A DNA stretch of 64,000 nucleotides from the human T2T-CHM13v2.0 reference genome, Homo sapiens: the NCBI RefSeq assembly GCF_009914755.1, contig NC_060941.1. One strand, written 5' to 3'. Below, piece after piece: positions 1-12,861 of this stretch (within the stretch, counting starts at the first letter, position 1; the number at the start of each line of letters is the position of its first letter). Below the pieces are notes generated by a model that did not search any database, had not been told where the DNA came from, and saw only the letters and a list, made by a program, of their open reading frames with translations. The translations under genes and the position numbers were made by a program.

Positions 1-220
1 GAGGCTCGGGTTCGCAGACCTAGAGCAGGACGCTTGGAGAGGGAACGGGCGAGGGGGCGTGCGCCCCTAGAGCGGGCAGCCGAGGGAGACCAGGTGCCTC
101 CACCCGCATTCCAGCCTCAATCGCGCTCCCAATTTAGCTGTCCCGATCGGCCGGGACTGCGGGACTGCACTTCCAGGCCTCCCTGGGGGAAAGAGGCCCT
201 AGAGAATGAGGACCCAGGCT
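1..220. promoter_or_regulatory. CpG-rich/GC-rich promoter margin (edge of a CpG island; probably upstream of CORO6, which would lie left of the window)
   Basis: Many CpGs and a GC-box-like GGGGGCGTG near 53-61 in an otherwise CpG-depleted window; the CORO6 assignment is recalled gene order, not visible in the sequence. Confidence 0.6.
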
Positions 221-1119
221 GATCCTGATGTAGGGCAAGTGAGAGGGCACCCGACACAGGGTTGTGAATGTTAGTTATTGTTATGAATGGCAATAGCGAT
301 CATTTGAGAAACCTAAAATGCTGGCTGTGTGCTAGGCATTTCACCCCATTAGATGAGATTCCATGGAGCAGGGCAGGAAGCAGCTGAAAGAACAAGGGGA
401 GGACCGAGTGTAAAGTGAACCCACCTTGACACTCCCTCCCCTCCCAGATGCAGGGGGAAGAGGCTAGCACCGGTCTCTAGTCACATTTTAGGGGTCAGAG
501 AAGCCAACTCAGAGGCCAGACTCCTAATGTTTTCTGGGCCTTGTTTGAATTGGCGCCCGACTGTGTTCCAGGTAAGCTTCCCCCGTCTCCCCCAATATTC
601 ACAGAACTGAATGTTGACCGAGGTCAAGGAGATTAAAGATAACCTGATCAAAATACAGCCAGTGAAGACCAGCCAGTCCCGTAGCTCCAGTCTACCCAGT
701 GTCTGCACATTGCCTGGATTTCTTCCCTTGGATCATAAGGGCATCTGGGGCCAGTTATTACTTCCCACCCTCCAGGGCACACCTGGGAGTGAGTGAATGG
801 AACACAGCCTTCTGAAGGGCAGGAACCAGCACTGGGGAGGAAAGGGAGGGAAGGTGGTAGAAACCATGAAGGGCCCACGAGGCTCCTTTGTTTCTCAGGA
901 AGAGTCCAGGTGGCTTGTAGGGACAGAATCAAATCAAGAGTCAGTGGCTTGTAGGGGAACAGAATAAAAAACTGTTACGAGTGCTCCAGAAATAACTCCT
1001 GGCGTAGGGGTGCTGGGGCAGGGTATGAGGGTATGTGAGTCATCTCTCTTTTACCTAAAGATTCCAGGCACATGATTAGGAGGAAAATACCTGAGTGACT
1101 CAGTTGCTCCTTTACAACA

Positions 1120-1680
<561 letters not shown>

Positions 1681-2859
1681 CTGTCTCTCCCTGAAGGACA
1701 GTGCCACTTTATCTCACAAGTGCTGAGCTAAAACGTAACTGAGAGTTTATACTGTGTGGCACAGAGGAAAGGATGCCTGGAATGAATTAAAAAACTGGTT
1801 CCAGTCCTGGCTCAATCGCCATATTTTTACAGCTCTCTGAACAGGATTGGGTCAGATTCTTTCCAACTCTGCACCACTCCTTAGCAGAGTAGGGATTTTA
1901 TGTGCTGCCTCCTCTGAAGTGGCATCTCCCCTACCCCCACCCTCCTTCTCTTTAAAGAGAACAGGAGACTCCCTTCTAGAGGGAAGCGCTTGGGACTAGG
2001 AAGCAGGAATCCTTCAATGCGTGCTCCCTTCAGTTCCATCATCTAGGAAGAGCAGTGCTTTCTGGGTACAGGGATTCAGATATTTGCTTGGGCCTGGCGT
2101 AGCTCAGCCCTGCCCTCTAGCCTTCTTCTGGCTGCCAAGGCCTGACAGAGCTGTGAGTGGGCAGAGTTAAGGCAGGAAGAACCAATCAGGGAGAGAAGCT
2201 ACTTGGGCTTCGTGCCTCCCTTTTGAACTGTTAGCTCTGAACGGCAATCCATAGAAGACAGCCATGGATTTCATCTTTTAGGAAGCCATTTTCTGGATGA
2301 GGTAGCTCGCAACTTAGCCATGATTTGGTCCATCTGCTTTGGCTAGAAAACCAAGACTGAACTTATCTAGATTGGTCAGGGATCCCAGGGATCCTTAGAA
2401 TATTTTGTGAAAGACCTTACCTTCACCGTCATGCACTCCAGCTAAAGACCAGCACTGTGCCCCTCCCACTTGATATGGATGATTCAGAATGAAGCAGGCT
2501 GACTTTAGTTCAAGGCAGTGATTTTTTTTTTTGAGGGGGGCGGGGACTTCAAATTTTGTTAGCAATTGGGAACTGGAAACTGAGCTCTCCCTAGATGGTA
2601 GTCCTGCCTTGTATGTGATGAATGGCACCACTAAATATCTCATGATGTTCATGTCCCATTTCTAGACATTTTTCAGTGGGCTGAGGTGTTTCATTTATTT
2701 CTGGGGACTCAGCTCTCTCTTCAGGGTGACATGACTGGGATCAATCATTGAAAACTACTGGTGTTCACTGTGTTTCCTCTTCTGACTCTCCCACCTTCTC
2801 CAGCACCTCCCTCCTTTGTTGCATCTGATGAAGTACACGTTTCATCTTCAAAATAAAAA

Positions 2860-2865
2860 TTTATT
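2860..2865 (-). terminator. SSH2: Distal polyadenylation signal AATAAA of SSH2 (cleavage about 2840-2845)
   Basis: tttatt on + strand at the end of the AU-rich UTR; implied mRNA of about 9 kb matches recalled SSH2 length; second AATAAA at 2694-2699. Confidence 0.75.
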
Positions 2866-4461
2866 CAATCTGTAACAAGAACATTGAATCTGCACATTTG
2901 CGCACAAGTTCACATTTAAAAACAGTGGAGCATATCTGTAATAAAAAAATCTATGATACAAGTGGAACATCCCAACCACCAGGAAGATTAAGGAAGGAGA
3001 TGAGACCACTCTATATTCTGCTTCAAATGCCTCAAAAATGTCCCAGAGATTCCAGGGAGCACCTGCTTTAATAAAACATGAGCATAAAAGTTTGGGGTGG
3101 CTTGGGGCAAAGGTAACAGTCAGAGGAGAGTCTTCTGGACTTGTTTTCCATGTTAGAACAAGTCCTACAAAACAAAGCAGAAAGAAAAAAAAAAAAAAAG
3201 AAAAGTAAAGGCACCTTTAGATATGCCAAGCAAACCAAAATCCAACAGAACATAAAAATCAAACATTTCCCTGTGGCTTACTGATTGGGAAGCACTTCAG
3301 GGCCAGTTACCCAGTTTTTAGTTTGGGTATTAGCTCTGCATGTGTACACAGGACGCTGCCACCAGCATTGCTTTGAGGACACAGACGGCAGCACCAGTCA
3401 AATGCCTCTTAAGGGATCTTCAAGGTGATTAAGGATGATTCCAGTTTAGAAATCCTATCCTAGACCTCTGGGGCACTGAGAAAATGAGGCTGGTTATCTT
3501 CTCATAGCAGGAGCCAGGGCCAGTCACCCTCCATTTCCAGGCTGGAAAAGTACAGAAGCACCTTGCAATAGCTCTTCATGACGTCAAGGGACCCCACACC
3601 CTGGGAGAAGGGTTAGGAGTGTGCAGCTTCCTGCTTTGGTGGCAGGCCTTTTCCTAATATGGGTGTCAGAGGAGTTGAGGCAGCAAATATGCTTGTGTCT
3701 AATACATGCCTTGATCTTTTAGTTTGGAAGGGAAAACAAAGTCCAAGATGCTTTTAAGTTGGATTGATGCTGAAACAGCTAAAATTTCATCTTATCCACC
3801 ATCAAAAAGCAAAACAAAATTAAACAAAATGACACTAGCCATTCACCATTACAACCATCACTATAAGACACACCATCACTGAGGAAATGACAACTATTTC
3901 CATAGAGAGTGCTGGATGGGAGGGCAGGACACAGACGGAAGTCAGCTTCAGCGTATACCCACTTACTCACAAGGGCTGACCATGATGGCCCTGCTCTGCA
4001 TGAGGACTCACAGGACAGCCAGGGCACTGATGCCTGCAGGACTGCATGGCCGACAAGATGATGCACATTTTAATATTCAAAATGTAAACAAAGTATCCAC
4101 AAATAGTCCAAAAAAGCCAAAGAATGGCTTTACTTAAAAATTTTTAAATGCCCTTAAAAGTGACTTTTTGCATAATGCTTTCTTAAAAAAAGAACTCTCA
4201 CAAAAACATTTTTACCAAACATGCCTAGATCACTTCAGAACTGAAATCCTCAGATGAAACAGGTGAACACTTCTGTGACCTGCTACATCTCAGAAGCTTC
4301 TCATAGGAAGCTTTGAGTTTACCCAACAGCATCTGTCTGGGGCCTGTGAGCAGAGTACCTCAGAGCCTGAGGCACTGAGATCTTCAGGCTGTCCTTGGAG
4401 CTCTGGGTAGTTTGCAAAATGAGAAAGAGGAACTATCAGTAGGGATAAAGACACAGAACAA

Positions 4462-4493
4462 GGAAATCCATAACCCTGTCTCAAGCCTCCTCA
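4462..4493. repeat. 32-bp direct repeat, copy 1 (GGAAATCCATAACCCTGTCTCAAGCCTCCTCA)
   Basis: Identical to 5521-5552. Confidence 0.95.
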
Positions 4494-4828
4494 GAACCAG
4501 GAAAATACTAAAGATCCTGAAGAGACTAAGATGATAGGAATGATCCCAAACATTTAGAATCTGAAAGGCAACTAAAATGAGGAGAGATGAATATTACGGT
4601 ACTATAGTACTACATGTCTACTACAGTATCCATTAGTCCTGGGTGTCTCCAAAAATCAAGAAAGGGTTGGGGTTTCCCTTTCTACTGACCAGGTTCAGCT
4701 CAAGTTCTGTATGCTCCTGGGGCTTTTACCCCATACACCAAAACATCAACTGTTTTTATATATGTACATATGTGTACACATGCACATACACTCCTCCAAA
4801 ATAAGTGAGAGTCTATGGTGGTTTAAAA

Positions 4829-4857
4829 AGAGAGAGAGAGAGAGGAGAGAGAGAGAG
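4829..4857. repeat. (GA)n microsatellite in the 3'UTR ((CU)n on the mRNA)
   Basis: Visible dinucleotide run with one interruption. Confidence 0.9.
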
Positions 4858-5148
4858 GCAGGCAGGCACTGGGCAAGAGTCAAAGTTTTTCCTATTCATC
4901 TTTGCCAGTCTATCAAATCTGCTGCTTCAGGTCAGGTCATGAACAAAAGAAAAGGGAAAGATGCCACTGGAGATTATAAAAGAGTCTGAAGAGAAGACAG
5001 TCTGGAAAGTCCTTGACAGTTCACTGCGCACCTCCCCTGGACACTGCTCAGCTATGTAAATAACCCAGGAACACCCAATTCTGGGAGTCTGAAAAGGCTG
5101 GCACAAACTCCTTGGCATGGTTGAATGACAGATATTCTGTAGAAGATG

Positions 5149-5154
5149 TTTATT
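5149..5154 (-). terminator. Candidate proximal polyadenylation signal AATAAA
   Basis: tttatt on +; preceded on the mRNA by a U-rich tract (A-rich 5165-5200 on +). Confidence 0.45.
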
Positions 5155-5520
5155 TAGGCAGGTAAATTAAATGATAAAAAAAGTAATTATAAAAAGGCAG
5201 AAAGACTTTCCTCTGCTCTTGAAAATTTTTTTTCCCCACAGTATTAGTGGGTTTTGTCCCATCTTTGTTGTTATTTAATGCAGTGAGTGAACATTAAACA
5301 CAGTGGAGGGGAGAAGAGGGAACAGTCCAAAACTTTGGTCCTGCTTGTACCTCTTAGTGTGTGGGATGTCATCATCGTAAGGGGTTACCACAAGTGGATG
5401 CCACTCTCTTAACTTCCAGGCAAATCCTCTCCCCACCCTGCCATAAGTTCCTGCCCTTCCCCATCATATTGGTGGTGGAACTGCTTCAAGAAGGCAGGGT
5501 ATTCTACATGGAAGAGCTCT

Positions 5521-5552
5521 GGAAATCCATAACCCTGTCTCAAGCCTCCTCA
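5521..5552. repeat. 32-bp direct repeat, copy 2
   Basis: Identical to 4462-4493. Confidence 0.95.
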
Positions 5553-7743
5553 CATTGGTTCATACCACCTAACAAAACACTTTACAACACACAAATATCC
5601 AGGAATCACAAAACTGAGTGGATGAGATACTTGAACATTCAAGGAAACTACTGAGCAACAGCACAGGGTACACATAATCACTGCACCATAGAGACGCTTT
5701 TAGCAAGTGGTTTCTGTCCAACCTGCTTCCTGGCAGGGATGTCAGACCCAGCCTTGGCTTCCACACAACTTCACAGCTCCTCTTAAGACCCAGTGGCCCC
5801 AGTCTACCTTTTCTGCATCTTTTGGGTCGCCCTGCCATCTGCCCCCACCAAACTCTGGCCTCTGACATCATGCTGACAGTCTGTGCATTTGTATTTTCCT
5901 CAGTGCTGTGATAAGCCAAAAACCTGTCTCCAGTCTATACTCAGTCAATCCTCAGTAACGTGGACATCAACGAAAGCAAATCTGCAAGCCTCTTCAGTTT
6001 CAATGAGATGCAGAGGTGTTTCATGCTAGACTAAATCTGTTTTCTGTAAGAAGCTACAAGAGGCTTGTTTATGACAGGCGCTGCTGCGTTAAGGATCTCC
6101 ACAACAGTAGCAAAACGACAGCATCCTAAATGGAGTCACTGTGGGCACTTGCCCCTGGCTGAGGCCTCCCCTGTGGCCTTCAGCCTCTACTAGGAGCTTC
6201 CACTCTGGGCAACTCACATATACTTCCTGGCTGTGGTTGAGATACTGGCAAACAATGTTCTGGGATTTCAGTCTCACAGAGAAATCAGCTTTCAGTCACG
6301 CTGTGACCTAATGGGAGCCTTTAGGGGTGTCTCTGAGGAAAAAGTTACTAATGCATAATTTGGCAGGAGCTGGTGATTGGAAGTCTCCATTTAAACAACT
6401 ACAGCCACCATCAACATATTGTACAGATTCCTATCAACACCCAACACTTTCATTTCTGGTGTCTGTGTTTTCCAGTTGCAACTCTACTCCTTCTTAAAAA
6501 GAATAAATCAAAATTACCCTACAACATGAACAAGACACTAAGACAGTGACAATATTATGTCCATAAATACTGTGTACAAACTTTAGAGAAATGACAAACC
6601 TTCCAGGAAAAGGAAAAAAAAGTGTTAACAGTGATAATACCAAAAATAAAACGTTGCATTCAATGGATGTTAAACATATGTAACAATTCAAATATAATCT
6701 ATGAAATTTAAAAAAATAGGCAGCATGGGGACAACAGCATGGGGAAGGAAAATAAACTGGAAGAAAATATGGCCATTAAACTCAGAAGGCCCAAAGAATT
6801 ATTCAAGTAATGGAAGGGTTAAAACCCTACATACATATTCATTTTACAAGAACACACTGACTTTCGATTGCTGCTTTTCAAACATGTCACTGTTGTTTTC
6901 AGTTGGGAGGACACTGCAGAGCACATTTTTCTGGCAGGGAGAGCCAAGATGCCCATCTGTGTGGATCCCACCAACCCAGCAGTTTCTGGGCAGCAGCCTC
7001 TCCACCCCCAACTTTATGTCTTCCTCCTCTTATCATGCTTTCCTCTACAGAAGACCACTTGGATTTCATTTGGGGTCCTGTTTTAATTTCAAAAATAATT
7101 TTCTTGGGAAAAAAACTATATGATAAATTTGCAGAGCCGGCCATTATCATGTCTTACTGTAACGATACACTCTGGAACACCGGAAGACCCTCTTTTAAAG
7201 CAAAGCGGAACCTGCCTCCTTCAGGAACTCTAAAGGGCTGCGGCTGGATGAAGGCTGAGAGCCCTCTGACTTCTGGCTGACCTTTAGCCCATTCGATGCC
7301 TCAGGTCTGGAAACCAAACCATCATCACAAAGGCAGGGGAACATCTCCAATCCCCAGCTTTATCTCCACCCCTCCGAATCTGCTTCCTTCCCTCAATTAA
7401 GAAACCATGCCTTTTCTCAGAGGGCAAAATGAGAAGCAGGTGGCAGCTGACTGAAAAACAGCAATTTGCCTTTGATAAAGGTGTTCTCTGAAAATGACTT
7501 TTTTGAGGTTTGATTTTTTTAAATAAAAAATGATAAACGGTCTTGCCATCCAGATCAATCTCTCTTTCCCCTTACATATACACACACATACACACTGAAA
7601 AACACCCAAACCCTGCATGCACCAGAAACAGTAAAATGACCAAAATATTATAAAATTAACCAATAAAGTGCATGTTCCTTACATATTACACCTGCCCCTT
7701 TTACAAACATTTCTTCTAGAAAGTCACATGTGTAGGCTCAGAA

Positions 7744-9834
7744 TCACATGGTATTATAGAAGGGGTTGGTTGTCCGTTTTTTGTCATTTGCCTTTTTCAG
7801 TCTCCTAAGGGGGTGAGTTCTGCCGTGTTGCTGACGGGGTGCCACGGCCAGCCCTGGAGCTGGGCATGCACACTGCAGTCCCTGGGTCTGTAGCACGGGA
7901 AGGCCTCCTTCAGAACTAGTCAATTCAAGTCCTGCCCTGGGGAGCAAATACTGCTGACTAGAACCAAATTCTTTGGCATACTGCACAAGGGGCCTCTCCA
8001 CTGGCTTGCTCTGCACAATACACTCTGTTGTTGTGAGTTGTTCTACAAAAGACTTGGTGGGCTCTGGGTTGTGGGGGGCACCTGGGTTTTCTAGGGACTC
8101 TTGGTCCTCCATCGCGTGCATGCCTGAGTCTGTTCTGAGGAAAGGCTGAAGCAGTTTGAGATGAGGGGATTCACAGGAGGCAGGCTCCCTCTCTGGTAAG
8201 CAGTCTTTACAGAGGTCCAAGTAACCTAATTTGGCGAGAGAAGCTGAGCGCCTCATTTGGGATGGTTTGGTGAGCCCTGCCTGGAAAACCACTCGAGACT
8301 CGATTTCTTTAGCACGCTCCTTCACCACACCGGGGCTGTGGCTGAGACTCTTTATGTTTTCACTACTAGAGCTATGTGGGAGTCGACAGGCTACAGGCAA
8401 TGGGTCCATTTTCTCCTGTAACTCCCCAGTGTTGTCACCAAGTTTGCTAATTAAACTTAGGTCTGCGCTACTTAGCTGGGAGTCCTTATATGGCACCTCA
8501 CTGCCACTGGAGAGAGGGCTCTCCTGACTTTCTTCCCAGCTAACCTGTTCTGCAGAGGGCTCATCTGTAGTGCTGCTCTGCTCTGTGAAGCCCTCCAGGT
8601 GAACCATAGTCTGGGGATGCAGGTAATCCAAACTGGCAGACAGTAAATGGGTTGTATGACTGACAAAAGGTGCTGCTGTCTCCAGGGCTGTGGACAGGCT
8701 GCTGCCTCTGTCTTCAGGGCTACTCAGGATGGAGGTTGGATGGTCAGTGGGTCTGTTGTGCTCAGGGGAGGAAGAATGAGGCAGAGGTAGCACTTGGGGG
8801 TGCAGAGAAACCTGGTTGGGGTCCAGAGTCCTGTTTAGATTTTCATCCAGTGTGCAGAGCACAGTGACAGATTTTTCCATGTTCACTTTCCTCAGCCCTT
8901 GCTCTCCGCTCTTCTCACTGGTGGCTATTTCACTCCCTGGCCCAGTGTGATTGGGTGATGTAACTATGTGGGTATATTCAATGATTTCTACCCTCTTGGG
9001 AAGGGGAAGAGGGACTGCTTGTGTTTCAGACTCCTGGTATGGAATCACAGTCCTCAGATCCTTCAGGACTCCTTCCTGCTGTGTTCCAGTATCTGACCCT
9101 GGGCCCTCCTGAGGATCTGGCAAGTGGTCAAACTCCAGCACCCTGGGAGCTGGAACAGTGGCATTCTGCTCAGAATGGGACAGTGAGCCAGCCTCAGACC
9201 CACTGTATTTCCCTTTGCCTTTGCTCATTTCTGGTTCCTTGAGGACAAATGAATGTTCTGGGGGGGCTTCATCACTTTTCCCTTTTGGTGCTAGGTCTGC
9301 CACAGAAGAATCATTCTTTGAATTCTTACGAGTGGACAATGAGGTACATGTTGGGGCAGCACCATGATGCTCTTGCTCCTGCCGTAAGCGCTCTTCGAAC
9401 TCCAAGGTGGCTCGCCTCACAGACCCAGGGTACCACTTGGCACCTGGGTGCATCCCTGAGCCCTGGAGCTCTTGTTCCCCCTCAGCTGGTTCCCCTTCTT
9501 CCAAGTCTGCTATAGATGAGTGTGTGGTTAGGCAGCCTTCTGGGTTGCACATCCCTGAGTCTTTGGCTAGTTCAGGCTGGGCTGTGCAGGAGTCCTCATC
9601 TTGCTCCATATGTCCAGGTTTGTTCTCTGGAGTCTGGGCCCTCTCAAGGAGCAGCTCATGGATGCTGTTCTTCTTTGGTGTATGGCATGGGTTGGGTAAG
9701 ATGTCTCCTTTCAGTTGAATCTGCCCAACTCCTTGACTGATGGACTCAATTTCAGTGACAATTTCTTTGACTGAAATTGCATTTTCCAAGTGAGACTGCA
9801 TGAAGATGTCTGGGCTGACCAGTTCTGAAATTGC
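7744..9834 (-). CDS. SSH2: SSH2 terminal coding exon (nominal exon 15), 696 aa low-complexity tail plus stop
   Basis: Acceptor tcttag|GCAATT; phase 0; AISELVSPDIFMQSH...RTTNPFYNTM*; contains the 685-aa ORF in the track. Confidence 0.97.
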   Translation of the reverse strand, partial: AISELVSPDIFMQSHLENAISVKEIVTEIESISQGVGQIQLKGDILPNPCHTPKKNSIHELLLERAQTPENKPGHMEQDEDSCTAQPELAKDSGMCNPEGCLTTHSSIADLEEGEPAEGEQELQGSGMHPGAKWYPGSVRRATLEFEERLRQEQEHHGAAPTCTSLSTRKNSKNDSSVADLAPKGKSDEAPPEHSFVLKEPEMSKGKGKYSGSEAGSLSHSEQNATVPAPRVLEFDHLPDPQEGPGSDTGTQQEGVLKDLRTVIPYQESETQAVPLPLPKRVEIIEYTHIVTSPNHTGPGSEIATSEKSGEQGLRKVNMEKSVTVLCTLDENLNRTLDPNQVSLHPQVLPLPHSSSPEHNRPTDHPTSILSSPEDRGSSLSTALETAAPFVSHTTHLLSASLDYLHPQTMVHLEGFTEQSSTTDEPSAEQVSWEESQESPLSSGSEVPYKDSQLSSADLSLISKLGDNTGELQEKMDPLPVACRLPHSSSSENIKSLSHSPGVVKERAKEIESRVVFQAGLTKPSQMRRSASLAKLGYLDLCKDCLPEREPASCESPHLKLLQPFLRTDSGMHAMEDQESLENPGAPHNPEPTKSFVEQLTTTECIVQSKPVERPLVQYAKEFGSSQQYLLPRAGLELTSSEGGLPVLQTQGLQCACPAPGLAVAPRQQHGRTHPLRRLKKANDKKRTTNPFYNTM

Positions 9835-11444
9835 CTAAGAAGAGAAAGTAGTGAGAAGATTATGGCAAACTGTAGTCTAATTGAAAATGCTGGATTTTCT
9901 GCTTATTAATCCTCTGATCCAGGACAACCTATCTGACTAAGAGAATACAAATCATGGAGTGCCTGGGACCACACTCTGCCCATCTGTTTTGTCAGACTAC
10001 AAGAAAAAACTGGATTCATCAAGGCTAGACATAACATTTGTTATAGCTTGTGTTACTCTCTACTAAACTTTCTGTTCTGTTTACTCAAGCAGAATTCCAA
10101 TCCAATACTTTGCTCCCAAATGAACAGCAAATATTTTTGGAGGCTCCTATAATCTATATTTTCCTAAGACTATGAGCCTCCAGGTTCAGGCCATACTATA
10201 GTAAATGAAACCTTTCCCCCGTGGCCTATCAACTTCTAGTTTGATCCTAACCTATCTGAGGGAAAGAGTTCCATTTAAGGGCTAAGATATGTCCTTAGAT
10301 ATGTCCCAGTGATAGAGCAAGATGGACGAGGCTATCACCTGATGTCTGATTTGGAGACTCACTGCTCTCTTTCACTCCTCTGTCTTGCTAGCTTTCACCC
10401 AAATCCTCTCACTGCTTCCCCTAGCAGCAACATCCCAGTACCTACAAGCAGGGAGAATGCACTGTCTGACTACATAATCTCTAAGTTTCACATGGTTCCT
10501 TCTGGGAAAGGTTTACTTGGCTTACACAGCCACATGCCTTAGCAAACTTAGAAACCATAACTCTCTAATATTTTACTATTTTACCAGCTATAAATTCCCA
10601 GGTGGATTTAGAACAAGGCCAAAGAATACTGACCAATGCAAAATCAGGTCCTACTGTAAAAAAAACAAAAGAATATCAAAATCTGGGAATAGCCCTTGGA
10701 CACCTCTTAAAGTAGTATCATTATGAGTATCAATCTAGTTAACATTTTTATAAGCCTTCAAAGTATATTTCCCTGGAACTGTTCTGGTTTTTCTCCCTCA
10801 AAAGAGTCAGAGTTAGTACAATCTAACAAGGTCAGTAATGCCTTTGGGGGAAATGTGCCATGACATCAGGCAGAGGCAAACTTGCCATGAATGGGAGAGA
10901 AGCCACAGTGGGCCCAGTATGTGCATGGGCCATGGAGGGAGGGCTCATATGACCAGGGACTTTGCAGAAAGGCTATTTCTGTCAGTGCTGCTACAGTCAA
11001 TGGTCCAAAGGAGAGCACAAGCATCCTGCCTTCTCAGTAGAAAGGAAACAGGGGCACAGCTTTGCATGTGGTGAAAAGACAAAAGCAGAGTCAAGAATCA
11101 CAGTGGGGTAGTTAAGGAGAGAGAACAAATCGTTAACGGACAAAGCGGTAAATATAAGCAGACAGACATCAGGAGAGGCAAAGAATCTATGACTAGCTCC
11201 ACTAATCATTAGGTGAAGTTTGGTATGTTAGAGTCAATCTGTCACAGTTTATTTCCCAACTACTGTATTGTAATGATTTAAGACACTGCTGTATATAAGA
11301 TGTCAGAAGTGTCAAAATATGAGTATGAGTCTTAGAATTGATGCGATATAGTGATTCTTTTCCTGGTTTGAGATGGCTTGTAAGAGCTCCTATGCCACAA
11401 AGAAGAATCTTAGGATTCTGTCTGCTGGCAAATTCATTTCCTTT

Positions 11445-12599
<1,155 letters not shown>

Positions 12600-12861
12600 T
12601 CATCTTTGGACTTCTCGTTGTTCAGCCAGGACACTTGTTTTTGGCTCACTCCTTCCTCTGTCATCCCCTCTTAGAAGTGCTTCCAATGACACCAGAAAGG
12701 TAAATTCCCAAAAGGCAAATTATTTAAAAAATATTTAAACCCTAAGTTTTCAAAGAAAACCTCAGCCAGACTCTCCATCAAAAACAAACATAACATAATC
12801 CCAAATAATTTACCTTTGAAGAGAACTTCATTAGGCGGAAAACTATAAAGACAGTTTTTAC

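Larger units (their letters stand above)
2840..7743 (-). other. SSH2: SSH2 3'UTR (~4.9 kb)
   Basis: Between the TGA stop (7744-7746) and the distal AATAAA; no Alus; U-rich blocks on the mRNA strand. Confidence 0.8.

Noticed and set aside
551-560. TGGCGCCCGA resembles the start of a tRNA-Lys retroviral primer-binding site, with a splice donor 12 nt downstream
   Set aside because: Only 10 of 18 nt match, and there is no upstream LTR end or downstream gag-like sequence; chance match
4462-5552. 32-bp repeat pair considered as CRISPR-like repeats, a TSD or LTRs
   Set aside because: Only two copies 1 kb apart in a mammalian UTR; too long for a typical TSD, too short for LTRs; the enclosed sequence has no recognisable transposon or retrocopy features
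6701-7280. 140-aa and 125-aa plus-strand ORFs in the 3'UTR
   Set aside because: No recognisable homology or supporting promoter/splice structure; length compatible with chance
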